The position numbers and the translations under genes were made by a program. From the NCBI GenBank assembly GCA_043801855.1, contig JAZDLQ010000017.1, positions 15,202-79,201 on the forward strand: 64,000 bases of DNA. The letters are read 5' to 3'. This stretch comes from an archaeon (GTDB lineage Archaea; Nanobdellota; Nanobdellia; Woesearchaeales; GW2011-AR15). Of this stretch, positions 28,393 through 37,256 are shown in pieces; the stretch's first letter is position 1; every line of letters starts with the position of its first letter. The notes under the pieces were generated by a model. The model did no database searches and had not been told where the DNA came from. It saw only the letters and a list, made by a program, of their open reading frames with translations.

Positions 28393-29709
28393 CTATTTTT
28401 TAAAAAAATCCTCGCACGCATTATAAATGTTATCGAACAATTGTTTCATATCTTTTTGCGCAACGCTTGAAAACGCAATCCTCAGCATATTTTTTATTGA
28501 TATTACCCCTGTATCATATTTAGAAAGAAGAATGTGCCTTATTTTTTCAGAATCTAATCCTTCTTGTAGTTTTATGCACATAAAATAGCCTGAGTTAAAT
28601 GGAACTGGAGAAAAGTGCTTCTCATATTTTTTGTCGCGTAATGTTTCTTTTATTTTTTCATACCTTCCTTTAAGGATATCGAATTTCTTCTTTTTTTCAG
28701 AAATATATTCAAGTGAATTAATAGATTTTAGCACAAGGCTTTGGGATAAGTGCGGCGCATTTGAAATGCTTCCCCTTACAGCTCCTGCTGTTTTATCTTC
28801 AAGAGCTTTGTAGCTTTCTGCATTTAGCCCTTTTGATGCATAAGTAATAAATCCAACCCTTAGTCCCCATGCATAATCTTCTTTTGTTGCGCCGTCTAAT
28901 TTTACAGCAAGGACATTTTCATGAATATTTGCTAAAAGAGTAAATATTGACTCACTGTAAATTCCATCTTCAAATACAAGGCCAAAATACGCATCGTCGC
29001 AGATTACAATTATTTTATTTCCTTTTACAGCAGCTTTCTTAATTATTTCTGCAATCTCTTTTACCTCTGAATTTGTTGGAGTATATCCTGTAGGGTTATT
29101 CGGAAAATTAAGAAGGACTATTTTTTTCCCGAAATTTTCATTTAATTTATTGTTCAGTGCCTCAGTGTCAAAGTGCTTTTCTACAAACGTATTAAATGTG
29201 TCGAGACTCGCGCCGTACGCATTTTCGAAAATAAGCCTGTAATTTCCCCATAATTTATCTGCAAGAATTATTTTGTCTCCTTGGTTTACAAATAAATAGC
29301 CTATCATGGAAAGCCCATGCGTAAGGGCGCAGGTAACAACAGGCTCTGAGACATTTGCCTTGAGGCTTGGGTTTTTTTTGTATATAAGATTCTTCCAAGC
29401 AGTTCGAAGTTCTGGCTTGCCATAGCTTCCTGCATAGGAAAAAGCATCTTTTGGGTCTATTCCAATATATTTTGATATTGTTGAAAGCCGCATAGGTGTT
29501 CCATCATCTTCAATTGCAGCTCCTATTGTTGCATTAATTTTCTTTCCTTTGGCCTGTGCGCTTTGTGCTAATATTCCTTCCTTTGGAAAATATATTGCTT
29601 TTCCTTTTTCAGATAATAAGTCGTATATTATAGGGTTTGCCTTCTCTATAATGCTGTTAAGCTCTTCTGCCTGCATATTTATTGCTGCCATAACAAAGGA
29701 GAATGGCAA
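28393..29709 (-). CDS. class I/II PLP-dependent aminotransferase
   Basis: NPTGYTPTNSEVKEIAEII...IVICDDAYFGLVFEDG and the PLP-lysine region ATKEDYAWGLRVGF (K...G.R.G). Confidence 0.75.
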   Translation of the reverse strand: MPFSFVMAAINMQAEELNSIIEKANPIIYDLLSEKGKAIYFPKEGILAQSAQAKGKKINATIGAAIEDDGTPMRLSTISKYIGIDPKDAFSYAGSYGKPELRTAWKNLIYKKNPSLKANVSEPVVTCALTHGLSMIGYLFVNQGDKIILADKLWGNYRLIFENAYGASLDTFNTFVEKHFDTEALNNKLNENFGKKIVLLNFPNNPTGYTPTNSEVKEIAEIIKKAAVKGNKIIVICDDAYFGLVFEDGIYSESIFTLLANIHENVLAVKLDGATKEDYAWGLRVGFITYASKGLNAESYKALEDKTAGAVRGSISNAPHLSQSLVLKSINSLEYISEKKKKFDILKGRYEKIKETLRDKKYEKHFSPVPFNSGYFMCIKLQEGLDSEKIRHILLSKYDTGVISIKNMLRIAFSSVAQKDMKQLFDNIYNACEDFFKK

Positions 29710-29851
29710 TGCTCTTTTAAATCTATTTGCAAAGCTATTATATTATATATTTTCGAAAAATTTATATATTGTAAAATTTCAATAAATATCAATAAATTAT
29801 TTTTATTATAATAATATTGATAAAAATTGATAATTTTCACAAAGTGATTTT

Positions 29852-30022
29852 ATGAGAAAGCCAAAACCAAAAAAGACAAGATTATGGCTCTATGTAGATG
29901 AGAAAATCCTTTCGTGGGTATATGAAAAAATGGAAAAAAAAGAGTATTCAGATGAGTCGCACTGCTTTGAGCGGCTTGTCATGGAAAAAATGAATTCAGA
30001 AGAAGTAAATGGAGCTAAGTAA
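29852..30022 (+). CDS. small protein (56 aa) upstream of the KaiC-like gene
   Basis: MRKPKPKKTRLWLYVDEKILSWVYEKMEKK... A basic N-terminus plus helix may indicate a small regulator. Below the ORF-track cutoff. Confidence 0.3.
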   Translation: MRKPKPKKTRLWLYVDEKILSWVYEKMEKKEYSDESHCFERLVMEKMNSEEVNGAK

Positions 30023-30045
30023 TTTAAAAAAATAAGGTGAAATAA

Positions 30046-30915
30046 ATGGAAAATCAAAAATCAGAGATTCTAAAAAATAATTCTATTACAGACACAGCGC
30101 TCGATTACGATGCAGCAACGCATATAGGCTCGTCGCAGGGAGAAGGCTTACCGCAAAATAAAGTCTACACAATGAAATACCTAAAAACAGGAGTTCCTGG
30201 TTTTGATGAGCTTATTGATGTTGGTATTCCTCGTGGCTCGCAAGTTCTTATATCAGGCGGGCCTGGGACGTCAAAAACTACTTTTTGCCTGCAGCTTCTT
30301 GTACATGGGGCAAAAAACAATGAAAAATGTCTTTTTTTGTCTTTTGAAGAAGATACAGAAAAGCTAATTTATTATATGAGAAAATACGGCTGGGATCCTG
30401 ATGAGCTTATAAAAAATGGTAATCTATTAATAAAAAAGCTTGACCCATTTAAAATTTCAAGAAGCGTTGAGACTCTTTTGGCACAAGCAAGAGGAGAGCT
30501 TTTAATTGAGACAAACCAAGTTAAGGATTTAATACCAGATGATTTTATTCCGGACAGAATTGTTCTTGATTCACTATCTGCTGTTGCGGCAGGATTTTTT
30601 GGAAAAGACGAAGGCTATAGGGCTTACATCAGCCAGATATTTGATACCTTTAGAAAAATTGGGGCAACTTCATTTTTAATTTCAGAAATAGAGCACTCGA
30701 CAACTAAATACAGCCAGTCTGGAGTTGAGGAATTTTTAGCTGATGCGGTTTTTGTCTTTTATAATCTGAGGCAAGGAACACAGAGGATTAACGCAACTGA
30801 AATTGTGAAAATAAGAGGGACATCACATAAAAAAAGAATAGTTCCGTTTAAGATTAATTCAGGAAAAGGCGTTGTTGTATATCCTATGGAAGAATTATTT
30901 TTTGATGATAAATAA
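30046..30915 (+). CDS. KaiC/RadA-like single-domain ATPase
   Basis: GVPGFDELIDVGIPRGSQVLISGGPGTSKTTFCLQLLVHG (KaiC-type Walker A) and downstream LDSLSAV core strands. 289 aa. Confidence 0.75.
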   Translation: MENQKSEILKNNSITDTALDYDAATHIGSSQGEGLPQNKVYTMKYLKTGVPGFDELIDVGIPRGSQVLISGGPGTSKTTFCLQLLVHGAKNNEKCLFLSFEEDTEKLIYYMRKYGWDPDELIKNGNLLIKKLDPFKISRSVETLLAQARGELLIETNQVKDLIPDDFIPDRIVLDSLSAVAAGFFGKDEGYRAYISQIFDTFRKIGATSFLISEIEHSTTKYSQSGVEEFLADAVFVFYNLRQGTQRINATEIVKIRGTSHKKRIVPFKINSGKGVVVYPMEELFFDDK

Positions 30916-30968
30916 TAATTAGCTTGAATATTCGAACTATATTTATGAACCAAAAAAAGAGGTGAAAA

Positions 30969-33900
30969 TTGGCAGAAAAAAAGTTAGCTAAAAAATCAAT
31001 ATTATTTATGCTAGCTTTTGCTCTGCTTATCTTTTTAATTATTTTTTCACTGCCGCAGATTTTTGCGCCAGCAGGAAGAATCTGCAATTCAACATCACCC
31101 TGCGCATGCGGCAGCGCCTGCAACTCTGGCAATGAAGTTTCAAATGGATATAATACTATAGACAGCTGTCGGGATGGCCCAAATTATAATTACGAATGGA
31201 TCCACGATATTAATATAACAAACCAGAACGACTCTGTTTTTAACGGGCACGATACTGTTCAAGCAGATGCTTTCTTAAACTGCGATCTTGACGGCGATTC
31301 TGTTTCTTTTGCTTATAATAACGGCAGCGGCTGGAAAAATGTGGGTGATGCAACATGCTCTGTTGACGGATATTCACATAGATACCAAAATATAACTTTA
31401 GATAATGTAAGAGGATATCACACAATAAGGGTAATAATTTCGCCTACTGCGTATGGCGGAAGAACTGGGATGACGTGCGGATACACTTATGATACAGGAT
31501 ATTCTGATTCAGATGATGTTAGCCTTTACGTTCTTTTATCAGGTCAGGTAGTGGATTTAGTGATGCCATCAGTAAGAAACTTAAATCCATCAGGCACTGA
31601 ATTCAATTACCAAAACAATCTTGTAATTAATATTTCAGCAAACGTCTCTGATAATATTAACGTAAGCACAGTTTTCGCAAATGTTTCCTGGTCAACAAAA
31701 AATGAGTTAATAAGCCTTGCGCATGTTGGAAATGGGATTTATCTTGGCAATTTTACAAACACAAGTTTTCTTGGCATCTACAATTATACTCTAATTGCAA
31801 ATGATACTTTAAACAACATAAACCAGACAGTAAAAAATTATTTCATAATCAATATGACTTCAAATATTACAGTTTACTCTCCTGTTTCAAACAGCGTTTA
31901 CAAATATCAGGAAACTGATTTCTTTTTTGAGATACCTGCTTTATATGGAGCAGATTTTGTGTGGTATTATTTAGAAGGATATTCTACTGAATTTGCAAAC
32001 GATAATTACAAGCTGTCTTTTGAAGAAAGCGGAAGCGAAGAAGAAGAGATCTCCCAGGCAAGCGTTGATTTAACAAATATCTCGCAGTCGTTTGCTACTG
32101 TTTATGGAATGAATATAAACAAAATCTCACTTAAGATTAAAAAAACAGGAAACCCTGAGAACTCAACTGTTGAAATAAAGGATAATTCAGGCTATCCGCT
32201 AAATAATGCAATTGCAACTGCAAACATAACTTCAGATGATGTTTCTGAAGGATCTTTTGAATGGGTTAACTTGACATTTAACCAGACTGTTTCTTTAAAC
32301 GCAGATACAACTTACTGGATATATTTAATTTCAAATGGAACTGAACAAAATTTTTATGAATTTGAGATAAATTCACAAAGCGCATATGCTGGCGGAAACT
32401 TAAGCAACAATGCAACAAAAGATATGCTCTTTAGGCTATATGACAATAAAAAATACCTGATAAGAGATATTGATTTGGAAAGGCAGGAATATAATGTCCA
32501 ATTTTTTGCAAACCATTCTGTTTTTCCGCAGATTGAATCCGAATACATTACTTTTATTGTAGATTATACTCCTCCTGTGATAAGCGATCTAACTTACACA
32601 CCTTCAGATAGCGATGGGCTTGATCCAGGCACTCCAATAAATGTATCATTGATGGTTTCAGATGAGCTGGCAGGAGCAAATGCTACCCTTCGTTATATGC
32701 ATGAAGATGATGATGACTGGTCAGTTTTTGAGATGGAAAATAAGACTGGTTATTTTGAAGGGAATTTTACGCCTGATAGGGAAGGCCAATGGTATTTTTC
32801 GATTTATGTAATTGACTCTTCATTTAATGATGATTCAATTGAAAACAATGAGCTTGACGTGCGCTATGAATACAACTGGTCAATAACACCAAATGTATTT
32901 AATTCAACAGGCGGAATGCTTGGCACAAATATAACAATTGGGACTCTATTGATAAATAATAGCGCGGACTTTACATATGAATTCAATGTATCGCCTCTCC
33001 AGGCATCTCCTATAATTTATATCAATGAATCAGTCCAGAGATTAATTACACTAGATCCAGGAGAAACAATTTCATATCAGATAATAGGAACTACAAAAAA
33101 TTCGCTTTCAACAGATTATATAAATATATTAGTTGATGCGCAAAACGACACAGCATCACCGCAATCTTATTACAGTAATATTACATTGATATCTGTTTTA
33201 AGCGGCCCATTTTTGCATGTTGATATTGTAGACTATTCATCAACTGTTGTCCAGGGAAGCCATGTAAATACAATCAAGGCAAGAATAACAAATGTTGGAA
33301 ACGAGACAGCTTTTAATGTCAGTGCAAACTGGACTCTTCCAGAAGGATGGACAAGCAGGGAAGCAACAAACCTTACTTATGATAATATATCTTCTGGCGG
33401 TTATGACTCAAAAGAATATACAATTAGCGCTGATGTTTCATCGAGTGCGCCATTAGGTGCAGCCCTGATTGAAATTATTGTAAACTGCAGTGAAGGAAGC
33501 AGTGATTCTGACACAAGAACTGTTACTGTTACATCAGCTAGCCAGGATGATAATAACCAAAATAATAACAATAATAATGATAACAATGGAGGCGGTGGCG
33601 GTGGCTCAACAGGCGGCGGCTCAACAGGCGGTGGCTCAACTGTTTATGTGCGTGACCCAAAGCTTGAAATAAATATATCTGATTTTGAAATTATCCGCGG
33701 CCAAAAAAAAGAATTTGCTTTTAGCATCATGAATAATGTATCTGATATAATATTTGGTTCTATAAATTTTAGCATTGAAGGCCTTTATAAAAATTATTAT
33801 AATATCACACCAAATGAAATATTGAACTTTAGCTATGAGGAAAAAGAAGAGATAAAAATCATCATAATTGCGCCAATCTATATGCAGGCAGGCAAGCATG

Positions 33901-35450
33901 ATTTTGTCTTAAAAGCAATAACAGACCAAGGTGTTTTTTCAGATGAATTCAGTTTGATTGTTTTTGATTCTGCTATTAGTAATATCTCATGTCTTGATGA
34001 ATCTTTAAGATTAGTAGATGAACTTGAAATTGCTGGTTTTAATGTAAACAAGCTTAAGGAAGATTATGAAAAAGCAAGTTATCTTAATAACTTAAAAAAT
34101 TACAAAGAGCTATTATCTGCTTGCGATATGATAAAACTTTCTGCTGCTAATGCAATAAAAACAAAAGAAGGCTTACAAAAAATAGAAGATGAAATAATCA
34201 GTCTTAAAGCGCAAGGTTACAACATAAATGCTGCGAATTCTTCGTTAAGTGAATCTTTGCTTCTTCTTAACAGCGGCGAATTTGACAAGGCATATGTGGC
34301 GCTGAAAGATTCAATATTTCTTTTAGACATAACAAAAAAAACAGGAAAGCCGCTGCCAATTGCAGTAGGAGATTTTATAAAAAAAAATCTGGTTGCAATT
34401 TTACTTGGCTTAATTGCTATAGCTATATTCATAACGCTTAGCGTAAAGCATATTGCGCTTGTTACAATGAAAAGAAAGCTTAGATTATTAAAAAGTGAAG
34501 AAAAAGAGATAATGAAGCTTTTTTGCAATATTCAAAAAGAACATTTTGAAGATAAGATTATGGGAACCAGACTTTATTTAAAATACATGGATGAATACAG
34601 GGCCAGGCTTGCAAAAATAAAAGAAGAAACTATAAGGCTTGAGTTAAATATATTGAACAATGGCTCATCACGACATGGCTTAAATGAGCATAGAAAAAGA
34701 ATTGAGCGGCTTGTTATTGATATCCAGGATTCCTACTATAATAAAAAGGTGCTTGATAAATCATCATATGAAAAAATGCTATATATCTATCAGCAGCAGC
34801 TTGCGTCGCTTGATGAAAAAATATTGCTTACCAAAAAAAACAAGAGCCACAAAAATGAAGAGAAAAAAGAGCAATTAACAGAAGCTACATTTTTGAATAG
34901 TAGATATGATAAAAATCTAGATTTGCATAGTACTCAAGAAGAAAATAAGCAACAAGAAGCTGAAAAAAGTGAGTATGAAGTTGATTATGATGAAGAGCAT
35001 ATTGTATCCGAATCTTCTGGCAAACAAGGTACAAATGATGATTTGTTAGTTCAAGAAGAGAACTTAACTTCGGAAGATAATTTGCTTGCAAGTAAAAAAC
35101 ACACAGCAGTGCTAAACTATCTCTTACATAGAGATGATTCAGATAGCACTCTTAATGAAGAAAATAATTATAGGCAAAAAGAGCCGGAAAAAAATATCTC
35201 TGCTGAAAAATATTTTATTCTTTCAGACGGAAGAAAAATTGATTCAATAGATAATTTGCATACTATTCTTCTGGAAATTACAGATGAAACATTTGCTTAT
35301 CATGTTTCACAAAGCCGAAATGATTTTTCAGATTGGATTACAAATGTATTTAATAATAAAGAACTTGGAGAAAAAATACAGGCTGCAAAAACAAGGAAGG
35401 AAATAATAACAGTGCTTGATAATTTTTTAAGTGAAAATGAAAAAGACTAA
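30969..35450 (+). CDS. 1493-aa type-I surface protein with a Cys-rich N-terminus, N/G-rich linker, C-terminal TM, cytoplasmic coiled-coil/acidic tail ending in the docking domain; TTG start
   Basis: GAGGTGA RBS 6 nt upstream of TTG. Signal/anchor SILFMLAFALLIFLIIFSL. CNSTSPCACGSACNSG. Linker NNQNNNNNNDNNGGGGGGSTGGGSTGGGS. TM LVAILLGLIAIAIFITLSV. C-terminus ..ITDETFAYHVSQSRNDFSDWITNVF... Confidence 0.8.
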   Translation: MAEKKLAKKSILFMLAFALLIFLIIFSLPQIFAPAGRICNSTSPCACGSACNSGNEVSNGYNTIDSCRDGPNYNYEWIHDINITNQNDSVFNGHDTVQADAFLNCDLDGDSVSFAYNNGSGWKNVGDATCSVDGYSHRYQNITLDNVRGYHTIRVIISPTAYGGRTGMTCGYTYDTGYSDSDDVSLYVLLSGQVVDLVMPSVRNLNPSGTEFNYQNNLVINISANVSDNINVSTVFANVSWSTKNELISLAHVGNGIYLGNFTNTSFLGIYNYTLIANDTLNNINQTVKNYFIINMTSNITVYSPVSNSVYKYQETDFFFEIPALYGADFVWYYLEGYSTEFANDNYKLSFEESGSEEEEISQASVDLTNISQSFATVYGMNINKISLKIKKTGNPENSTVEIKDNSGYPLNNAIATANITSDDVSEGSFEWVNLTFNQTVSLNADTTYWIYLISNGTEQNFYEFEINSQSAYAGGNLSNNATKDMLFRLYDNKKYLIRDIDLERQEYNVQFFANHSVFPQIESEYITFIVDYTPPVISDLTYTPSDSDGLDPGTPINVSLMVSDELAGANATLRYMHEDDDDWSVFEMENKTGYFEGNFTPDREGQWYFSIYVIDSSFNDDSIENNELDVRYEYNWSITPNVFNSTGGMLGTNITIGTLLINNSADFTYEFNVSPLQASPIIYINESVQRLITLDPGETISYQIIGTTKNSLSTDYINILVDAQNDTASPQSYYSNITLISVLSGPFLHVDIVDYSSTVVQGSHVNTIKARITNVGNETAFNVSANWTLPEGWTSREATNLTYDNISSGGYDSKEYTISADVSSSAPLGAALIEIIVNCSEGSSDSDTRTVTVTSASQDDNNQNNNNNNDNNGGGGGGSTGGGSTGGGSTVYVRDPKLEINISDFEIIRGQKKEFAFSIMNNVSDIIFGSINFSIEGLYKNYYNITPNEILNFSYEEKEEIKIIIIAPIYMQAGKHDFVLKAITDQGVFSDEFSLIVFDSAISNISCLDESLRLVDELEIAGFNVNKLKEDYEKASYLNNLKNYKELLSACDMIKLSAANAIKTKEGLQKIEDEIISLKAQGYNINAANSSLSESLLLLNSGEFDKAYVALKDSIFLLDITKKTGKPLPIAVGDFIKKNLVAILLGLIAIAIFITLSVKHIALVTMKRKLRLLKSEEKEIMKLFCNIQKEHFEDKIMGTRLYLKYMDEYRARLAKIKEETIRLELNILNNGSSRHGLNEHRKRIERLVIDIQDSYYNKKVLDKSSYEKMLYIYQQQLASLDEKILLTKKNKSHKNEEKKEQLTEATFLNSRYDKNLDLHSTQEENKQQEAEKSEYEVDYDEEHIVSESSGKQGTNDDLLVQEENLTSEDNLLASKKHTAVLNYLLHRDDSDSTLNEENNYRQKEPEKNISAEKYFILSDGRKIDSIDNLHTILLEITDETFAYHVSQSRNDFSDWITNVFNNKELGEKIQAAKTRKEIITVLDNFLSENEKD
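33546..33641 (+). repeat. low-complexity poly-Asn / (STGGG)n coding repeat
   Basis: AATAATAAC repeats followed by GGCTCAACAGGCGG x3. Confidence 0.6.
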
Positions 35451-35463
35451 AGGATTTGCAAAA

Positions 35464-36804
35464 ATGAATATTCATTCTTTAATTTTATGTGTTTTATTAG
35501 TTTTACTGTTAGCTGTGCAGCCAGCATTTGGAGAAAATGTAAATATTACTTATTCAAAAATTGTTGGATTTGCAGAAGATTTAAACATGCGCAATATGGA
35601 TGCAGAGCGTATTTTAGAATTGCATATTGAGGCAAAAGAGGCGCTGCAGAAAAACGATTATATCCTGTATGAAAAAAAAGTTAATCAGGCATACGATGCA
35701 TATCTTTTTGCTATAAGCCTTTATGAATCACAGCAGGTACTTGATAAAAATATTGTATCGCTTGGATCTCTTAATTATTCTCAAAAAGAGATAAAGAAAA
35801 AAGCATATGAAATATCATATGAACTATCTGTTGGAAATTATGAGCAGGCAAAAATATACTTAGATTATGCAAACTCAGAAATTAACAATATCTCAAAAGA
35901 TGTGAAAAAAACCATTAATACAAGGCTTTCTGCACTAAATGCTACTCTATTGCAAAATGGCATTAAACTAAGGCTGATAGAATCTTATTATAACAGTGTA
36001 AATTCAGCACAAGAAGCAAGTGATATTTCAAAGCTTGCCGAGATATTGCAGAATACTATTGAGCTTGAAAAATCTATTGGATATCTTGTTTTACTAAAGC
36101 AGTTTGAAATCAATGCCAAAGAAAATAATGTACCTACTATTATCTTCAAAGACATCAGCGATGAAGCAAATAACCTGATTGAAAAATCAAGATTTGAATC
36201 TGTAAAAGAATTGTATTTGTTGGGAAGAGAAAAATACAACAAGGCAATAGGTGCATATGCAGCAATTAGTGATGCACAAACAAAAATCGCAAAGCTTAAT
36301 AGCACAGTTACAGATGCCGCAGAAAGCGAAATAGCTGCTGCATCTTTTGCGTTAGAAAAAGCAAAGAAGCAATTCAATGAAAGCGATTTTGAAAGTTCTT
36401 TATTGAACGCAAAAGATGCTATTGCCAAAGCAGAAGGAATTGAAAACAAAAATAAGGTTCTGAGTGCAATTACACTCTCAAGATTAAATGTAGATTTTAT
36501 TGGGTTTATAAAAAAGAACTGGATATATTTATTTGCATTATTTGTTGCTATTATAATATTTTGGGTATATATATACAAAAAAATACAAATACTTGTGTAT
36601 CAATATAAATTAAAAAAAGCAATAGAGCAAAAAAATAATCTCATTAGTTGCATCAAAAAACTTCAAGACGATTATTATAATAAAAAGTCAATGCCAAGGC
36701 CAATATATGATGCAAGGCTTGATGCATATCAGGAAGGACTGATACGCCTGACACGCGAAATTCCATTGCTTAAAAATGCTATTGCAAAGGAGAAAAAGAG
36801 GTGA
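35464..36804 (+). CDS. type-I membrane coiled-coil protein (signal peptide, extracellular coiled-coil, C-terminal TM, short cytoplasmic tail)
   Basis: MNIHSLILCVLLVLLLAVQPAFG signal, long helical region, TM NWIYLFALFVAIIIFWVYIY. The likely start is ATG 35464 rather than the overlapping 35431. Confidence 0.55.
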   Translation: MNIHSLILCVLLVLLLAVQPAFGENVNITYSKIVGFAEDLNMRNMDAERILELHIEAKEALQKNDYILYEKKVNQAYDAYLFAISLYESQQVLDKNIVSLGSLNYSQKEIKKKAYEISYELSVGNYEQAKIYLDYANSEINNISKDVKKTINTRLSALNATLLQNGIKLRLIESYYNSVNSAQEASDISKLAEILQNTIELEKSIGYLVLLKQFEINAKENNVPTIIFKDISDEANNLIEKSRFESVKELYLLGREKYNKAIGAYAAISDAQTKIAKLNSTVTDAAESEIAAASFALEKAKKQFNESDFESSLLNAKDAIAKAEGIENKNKVLSAITLSRLNVDFIGFIKKNWIYLFALFVAIIIFWVYIYKKIQILVYQYKLKKAIEQKNNLISCIKKLQDDYYNKKSMPRPIYDARLDAYQEGLIRLTREIPLLKNAIAKEKKR

Positions 36805-36805
36805 G

Positions 36806-37234
36806 ATTATGAAAAATAAAAGTGATTTTGTATTTGAAAACTTAGAGGATTTGAAAGCGTATAAAGTTGGAGGAGTAGCAGGTTACTTCTATCTTGAGAT
36901 GTTTAATAATAGCGGCATAAAATATGATTATTCAGATAATGAAGCTGATTCGCTTCAAAAACTTGTAGCAGGGAGAATTGACCTTCTGCCTTTCACAACA
37001 TCAAATGGATGGGATCTAATTCGCAGCAAATATCCAGATGAGGCCAGCAATTTTGGCACATTAGACAAGCCGCTTGACTCAAATAGCATTGGATTGATAA
37101 TTTCGAAAAATTACCAAAGCTCAAATGAGTTGTTAAGCCAGTTTAACTCAGCCGTTAGGAAAATTGTTGAAAATGGAAAATATCAGGCAATACTTACAGC
37201 ACACGGACAGCAAGAAGGAAGTATAATTGAGTGA
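36806..37234 (+). CDS. truncated solute-binding-protein-like (SBP_bac_3 C-lobe-like) domain protein, no signal peptide
   Basis: DSLQKLVAGRIDLL..NGWDLI...IGLIISKNY..LLSQFNSAVRKIVENGKYQAI resembles the second lobe of amino-acid-binding proteins. GGAGA/GAGGTGA RBS before ATG 36806. Confidence 0.45.
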   Translation: MMKNKSDFVFENLEDLKAYKVGGVAGYFYLEMFNNSGIKYDYSDNEADSLQKLVAGRIDLLPFTTSNGWDLIRSKYPDEASNFGTLDKPLDSNSIGLIISKNYQSSNELLSQFNSAVRKIVENGKYQAILTAHGQQEGSIIE

Positions 37235-37256
37235 ATTTGTTAGAAACTAGTTAAAA

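Noticed and set aside
20722-33641. GVGPG and STGGG/poly-N nucleotide repeats as independent mobile or satellite repeats
   Set aside because: Both lie in-frame within surface-protein genes and encode flexible linkers. Interpreted as coding low-complexity, not autonomous repeats.
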